Shown here: piece after piece, positions 60,784-64,000 of the stretch
How the letters are laid out: each line of letters opens with the position of its first letter
Position numbering within the stretch: position 1 is the first letter of the stretch
DNA from: a virus
Lineage: Duplodnaviria; Caudoviricetes
DNA: 64,000 nucleotides
Reading direction: 5' to 3' (one strand)
Virus record (IMG/VR): IMGVR_UViG_2974506496_000001
Span: 207,183 to 271,182 of that record
Program-made: the position numbers and the translations under genes
Notes under the pieces: model-generated
The model's database searches: none
Told to the model about the DNA's origin: nothing
Seen by the model: only the letters and a program-made list of their open reading frames with translations

Positions 60784-63051
60784 ATGGCATTGAAACTTCT
60801 GCATGTAGCTAAAACCGCCGACATGCTGTCACGCATCCAATCTCAGATCAATGGCGGCCATGCATCAGGCGACGCTACCGCGGTTAAAAGCTACGGTATG
60901 GAGTCGCTTGACGGCAACACTCTGGGCGCGCAGGAAACCGCCATCAAAAATGGTATCTCTGTCATTACCGACGTGATCGCTCAGGGCACTGCATCTCAGG
61001 GCCAGAGCTACGCCGGTAACGGTCTGGAAGGTTTCTCTGATGCACAGATCCAAGCGGCATCAATCGCACTGACTATCGGTGGTGACTTCCAGGGTTACAT
61101 CGGTGCACTGAAAAACAACTCTAACCGTGCCATGTCTGCATCTGACCTGAGCCTGGTTTCCGGTAGCCGTTACGGCTCTGCTAACATGAAGCAGGGTTAC
61201 GGTACCGAAGCTTTCGAACAGGCGCAGAGCTTTGTTCCTCAGCAGAACGCAACGGTTGAATACAACCTGAAAGCGGCTAAGCAGGATGCCGTTGGTGAAG
61301 CCTTCTTCCCAACTACTACCCTGACGCCAAACGACATCGGCCTGAGCGTAACTGTGCCGGTTGACATCGTTGAACCTTTCATCAAGCACAAAGCAAATGG
61401 CGAAGTGACGGATTGGCAGCGTAAGAAGCTCATCAACGCAATGCGTGACCCGACCATTCTGCGTAACGACGCGATCAAGCTGATTCCTTATCGTCCACTG
61501 GACGGCAGCAACGACGCACAGTTCGCAGTAGGCGTGCCGAAGTTCAACGAAATTCAGGGCGGCGAAGAAGTACCAACTGGTGCACTGAAGCCTGGTATCA
61601 AAATCGGTTTCATGGGTCTGTGCTCTACTCCGTCTCTGGTTCAGGCCGGCGCGCTGGAAGCATCTGATCAGATCGACACCGGTGCTCGTCTGCAGTACAT
61701 CTGGATCGAAGTAGCTAACGCCTCTGGTACCAAAGAGCTGTTCAAGCTGCGTACTGATCACCTGGATCGTTCTACTTTCCAGAAATCTCAGGAAGGCGAT
61801 AAGTTCGAGACGTCTCTGGACTTCTCTAACATCACCATCGCGCTGAACGACCTGAACAAAACCACCGACAACACCGATTCAGCTCTGCTGGCTCCGTTGG
61901 TGACTTCTGGTCAGCAAGCGATCCTGGCGCTGGATATCAAAGGCACCATGAACCACGAGAAAGGCAGCCTGGTAGTTAACTCGCTGACTAACCCGTCTAT
62001 CATCCGTGTTTACGATACCGTGGCTAAAGAAGATGCGAACACCAAGTCTGGTGCTCTGCGTGACGCAATCGACGCTCTGACGATCACCTTCAAAGGTTAC
62101 TTCGTCCGCGCTAACCTGCGTAACAGCAACTTCCGTACCCGCGAGCAGCGTGTTGACCGCCAGACTTCCGTGTACAAGTACATGGTACAGCTGGGCGCGC
62201 CAATCACTGCTATCGCTCCAGTAACTGACGCATGGGGCCCGAAAGAGTCTATCGCAGTTGAAACCCTGAGCAACGCAACGTATGCACGTAACTCCGCAAT
62301 GGCTATCAGCCGTCTGCTGGACTACGTTGAAACCATCCGTGATGCAGGCGTGACCAACAACGGTCTGTGGCAGCGTTACGATGAGAACAGCATCGAAGGC
62401 GTTGGTAAAGCTGTAGTTGATCCATGGTACGGCGAAGGTAGCTTTGACATCTCTAAAGTTGTCAACGGTGTTAAATCTTCTCAGACCCGCGATGACGTTT
62501 CTGAAAAGATCCTGAACATCCTGCGTACCTACGCATACCGCATGAACGCCGAGTCTGGCTACAACGTTGCACTGCAGATGCTGTACAACGAAGTTCAGCC
62601 AACGCTGGTTATCGCAACCGACAACATCATCGCGCAGTACCTGATGGAAGTTGGTGACCTCCGCACAGCTGGTATCAGCTTCAAAGTGCACGTGGCCACC
62701 ACCAACAACATCGAGATGCGCGGCAAGATCATCATGACCCTGTCTCGTATGAAGTCAGGCGGTCTGGATCTGCTGACGTTCGGTATGCACCTGTGGGTGC
62801 CTGAGATCGTAGCAACTGTTAACGTAATGCGTAACGGTACCTACATCGAAGAAACCATGGTGCAGCCGCGTAACCTGCACGTAGTGGTTTGCCCAATCGT
62901 GGCGAACATCACCATCACCGGTCTGGAAGAAGCGTACACCGGCAAGATCACTGTCCCTGTTGACATCGTGAGCGAGCCTGAGTCTGCTGGCGCCCAAGAC
63001 CTGGGTGGTCTGAACACTACTCCGGCAACTACTACCAACCCTGCTGCGTAA
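60784..63051 (+). CDS. Major capsid protein (phiKZ gp120-like)
   Basis: 755 aa; propeptide with YGME, NGLE, YGTE sites; YNLKAAKQDAVGEAFFPT; VQPRNLHVVVCPI; strong codon bias; follows dnaB as in phiKZ. Confidence 0.9.
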   Translation: MALKLLHVAKTADMLSRIQSQINGGHASGDATAVKSYGMESLDGNTLGAQETAIKNGISVITDVIAQGTASQGQSYAGNGLEGFSDAQIQAASIALTIGGDFQGYIGALKNNSNRAMSASDLSLVSGSRYGSANMKQGYGTEAFEQAQSFVPQQNATVEYNLKAAKQDAVGEAFFPTTTLTPNDIGLSVTVPVDIVEPFIKHKANGEVTDWQRKKLINAMRDPTILRNDAIKLIPYRPLDGSNDAQFAVGVPKFNEIQGGEEVPTGALKPGIKIGFMGLCSTPSLVQAGALEASDQIDTGARLQYIWIEVANASGTKELFKLRTDHLDRSTFQKSQEGDKFETSLDFSNITIALNDLNKTTDNTDSALLAPLVTSGQQAILALDIKGTMNHEKGSLVVNSLTNPSIIRVYDTVAKEDANTKSGALRDAIDALTITFKGYFVRANLRNSNFRTREQRVDRQTSVYKYMVQLGAPITAIAPVTDAWGPKESIAVETLSNATYARNSAMAISRLLDYVETIRDAGVTNNGLWQRYDENSIEGVGKAVVDPWYGEGSFDISKVVNGVKSSQTRDDVSEKILNILRTYAYRMNAESGYNVALQMLYNEVQPTLVIATDNIIAQYLMEVGDLRTAGISFKVHVATTNNIEMRGKIIMTLSRMKSGGLDLLTFGMHLWVPEIVATVNVMRNGTYIEETMVQPRNLHVVVCPIVANITITGLEEAYTGKITVPVDIVSEPESAGAQDLGGLNTTPATTTNPAA

Positions 63052-63078
63052 GCACCAGGCGCGAGAGTAATCCGTAGC

Positions 63079-63118
63079 GCATAAACAGAGGAGGAGCATT
63101 GCTCCTCCTCTTATGCCG
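63079..63118 (+). terminator. Hairpin + TATGCCG element
   Basis: GCATAA..agaggaggagc/gctcctcctct-TATGCCG, no U-tract. Confidence 0.8.
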
Positions 63119-63156
63119 TGTGATTTTATAGAGGCACACACCAGGGGCGGATAGTA

Positions 63157-63870
63157 ATGCTTGAATTACTAATGATAGGAAGGAAGAAAGCAACAGGGGG
63201 TGGGACACCTGCGGATCTTGGACCAGGACCTGCCTCCATGCTTGGGTATTACGAGCGACCGGATGGCGGTAACTCAGGGTACTTCGGTACCTTTACTAAT
63301 TTTGTTTCAACAGCCGGGTTATGTCAATCTATCGGGTTAACTGCAGGTTACCAGCAAGTTGAGAATGCCACTTGGCATAAGTTTCTGTTAGATGGTAAGA
63401 TCCTCTTTATACCAACCAACTATATCGTACGTAATCTTCACTGGAACTACATTTATAATGCCGGGGCAGTATACGGGGATGACAGTTTTGGTCTTTATCA
63501 AAGCCCAACGCCAACAGCACAGAGTGCCATGCATGTGACGGTGGATGGTCGGGTTTATCGCGTGCGGTTAGTATCTATCTCAAATGGCGATCCGGCTCTG
63601 ACAGGCCAAATCGATAAAACCACCGAATGGGGTCGGTTGATGTATCCGATTGATCCAACGGTAGATGCTAGTAATACTGAAGCGGGTAAGAAATGGGGTA
63701 ACGTGGGACTGCTTTTGAGTTCAACGCAGATTCTGGCAAAGGAGACCTACGCCAGCACACCTGCTAGTAGCCTGGTTGTGGTTACGAATTCTACGACACG
63801 CTCCGCTCAATCTAAATCATCCGCACCCAGTAACTGCACCTGGCGTCCGATTCTTGAACTTGTGCAGTAA
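63157..63870 (+). CDS. phiKZ gp131-family-like tail-associated protein with MLELLM leader
   Basis: GPGP, GYFG, IGLTAG, WHKFLLDGKILF, IYNAGAVYG, YRVRL, EWGRL, terminal WRPILEL. Confidence 0.7.
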   Translation: MLELLMIGRKKATGGGTPADLGPGPASMLGYYERPDGGNSGYFGTFTNFVSTAGLCQSIGLTAGYQQVENATWHKFLLDGKILFIPTNYIVRNLHWNYIYNAGAVYGDDSFGLYQSPTPTAQSAMHVTVDGRVYRVRLVSISNGDPALTGQIDKTTEWGRLMYPIDPTVDASNTEAGKKWGNVGLLLSSTQILAKETYASTPASSLVVVTNSTTRSAQSKSSAPSNCTWRPILELVQ

Positions 63871-63875
63871 GCTCT

Positions 63876-63906
63876 AAGAGGAAGGCTCCGGCCTCCTCTT
63901 ATGCCG
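63876..63906 (+). terminator. Hairpin + TATGCCG element
   Basis: aagagga(a)ggc/gcctcctctt stem running into TATGCCG. Confidence 0.75.
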
Positions 63907-63921
63907 ATCTGAAAGAATTAC

Positions 63922-63944
63922 AGACCTACATTACTAACTAGATG
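63922..63944 (+). promoter_or_regulatory. Putative phage early promoter
   Basis: AGACCTACATTAC. Confidence 0.6.
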
Positions 63945-64000
63945 TAACAGCGACGCTAGTGTTTAGTTGAAGCCTTACATCTATGTGGAGTTAGGCGCGT

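Noticed and set aside
61060-62691. Long antisense ORFs (233 and 270 aa) opposite the capsid gene; similar ones at 41100..41813, 18941..19648, 27001..27561 and 35938..36465
   Set aside because: Shadow frames of strongly codon-biased genes; no convincing RBS or protein-like features

Overview
The window is a 64-kb segment of a phiKZ-related jumbo myophage genome (Chimalliviridae-like). The assignment rests on gene order and protein motifs; chimallin itself is not in the window. The core genes follow the phiKZ gp75-gp120 / SPN3US order: SF2 helicase (partial), virion RNA polymerase beta-prime middle fragment, the exonuclease-containing half of the split family-B DNA polymerase, a block of head/inner-body proteins carrying S/A/G-x-E maturation sites, baseplate-like genes, thymidylate kinase, DnaB-like helicase and the major capsid protein. 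Accessory blocks sit between them. Main leads: (1) a probable programmed -1 frameshift (CGG GTT TTT TTT) joining two minus-strand ORFs in a gpG/gpGT-like tail-chaperone arrangement; (2) a possible modular adhesin system: a collagen/foldon fibre operon plus dispersed, structurally unrelated proteins (two LCCL-like, one Gly-rich, one gp131-like) sharing an N-terminal MLELLM-type tag; (3) about 15 intergenic hairpins followed strand-specifically by TATGCC(G), often with no proper U-tract; (4) an island with a Tad2/DUF2829 anti-defence gene and four tandem paralogs, bracketed by two degenerate GIY-YIG-derived genes; (5) a run of early genes with strongly basic C-terminal tails. I saw no tRNA, rRNA, CRISPR array, integrase or transposase. 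All family assignments come from motif recognition and synteny by eye; no database search was run.
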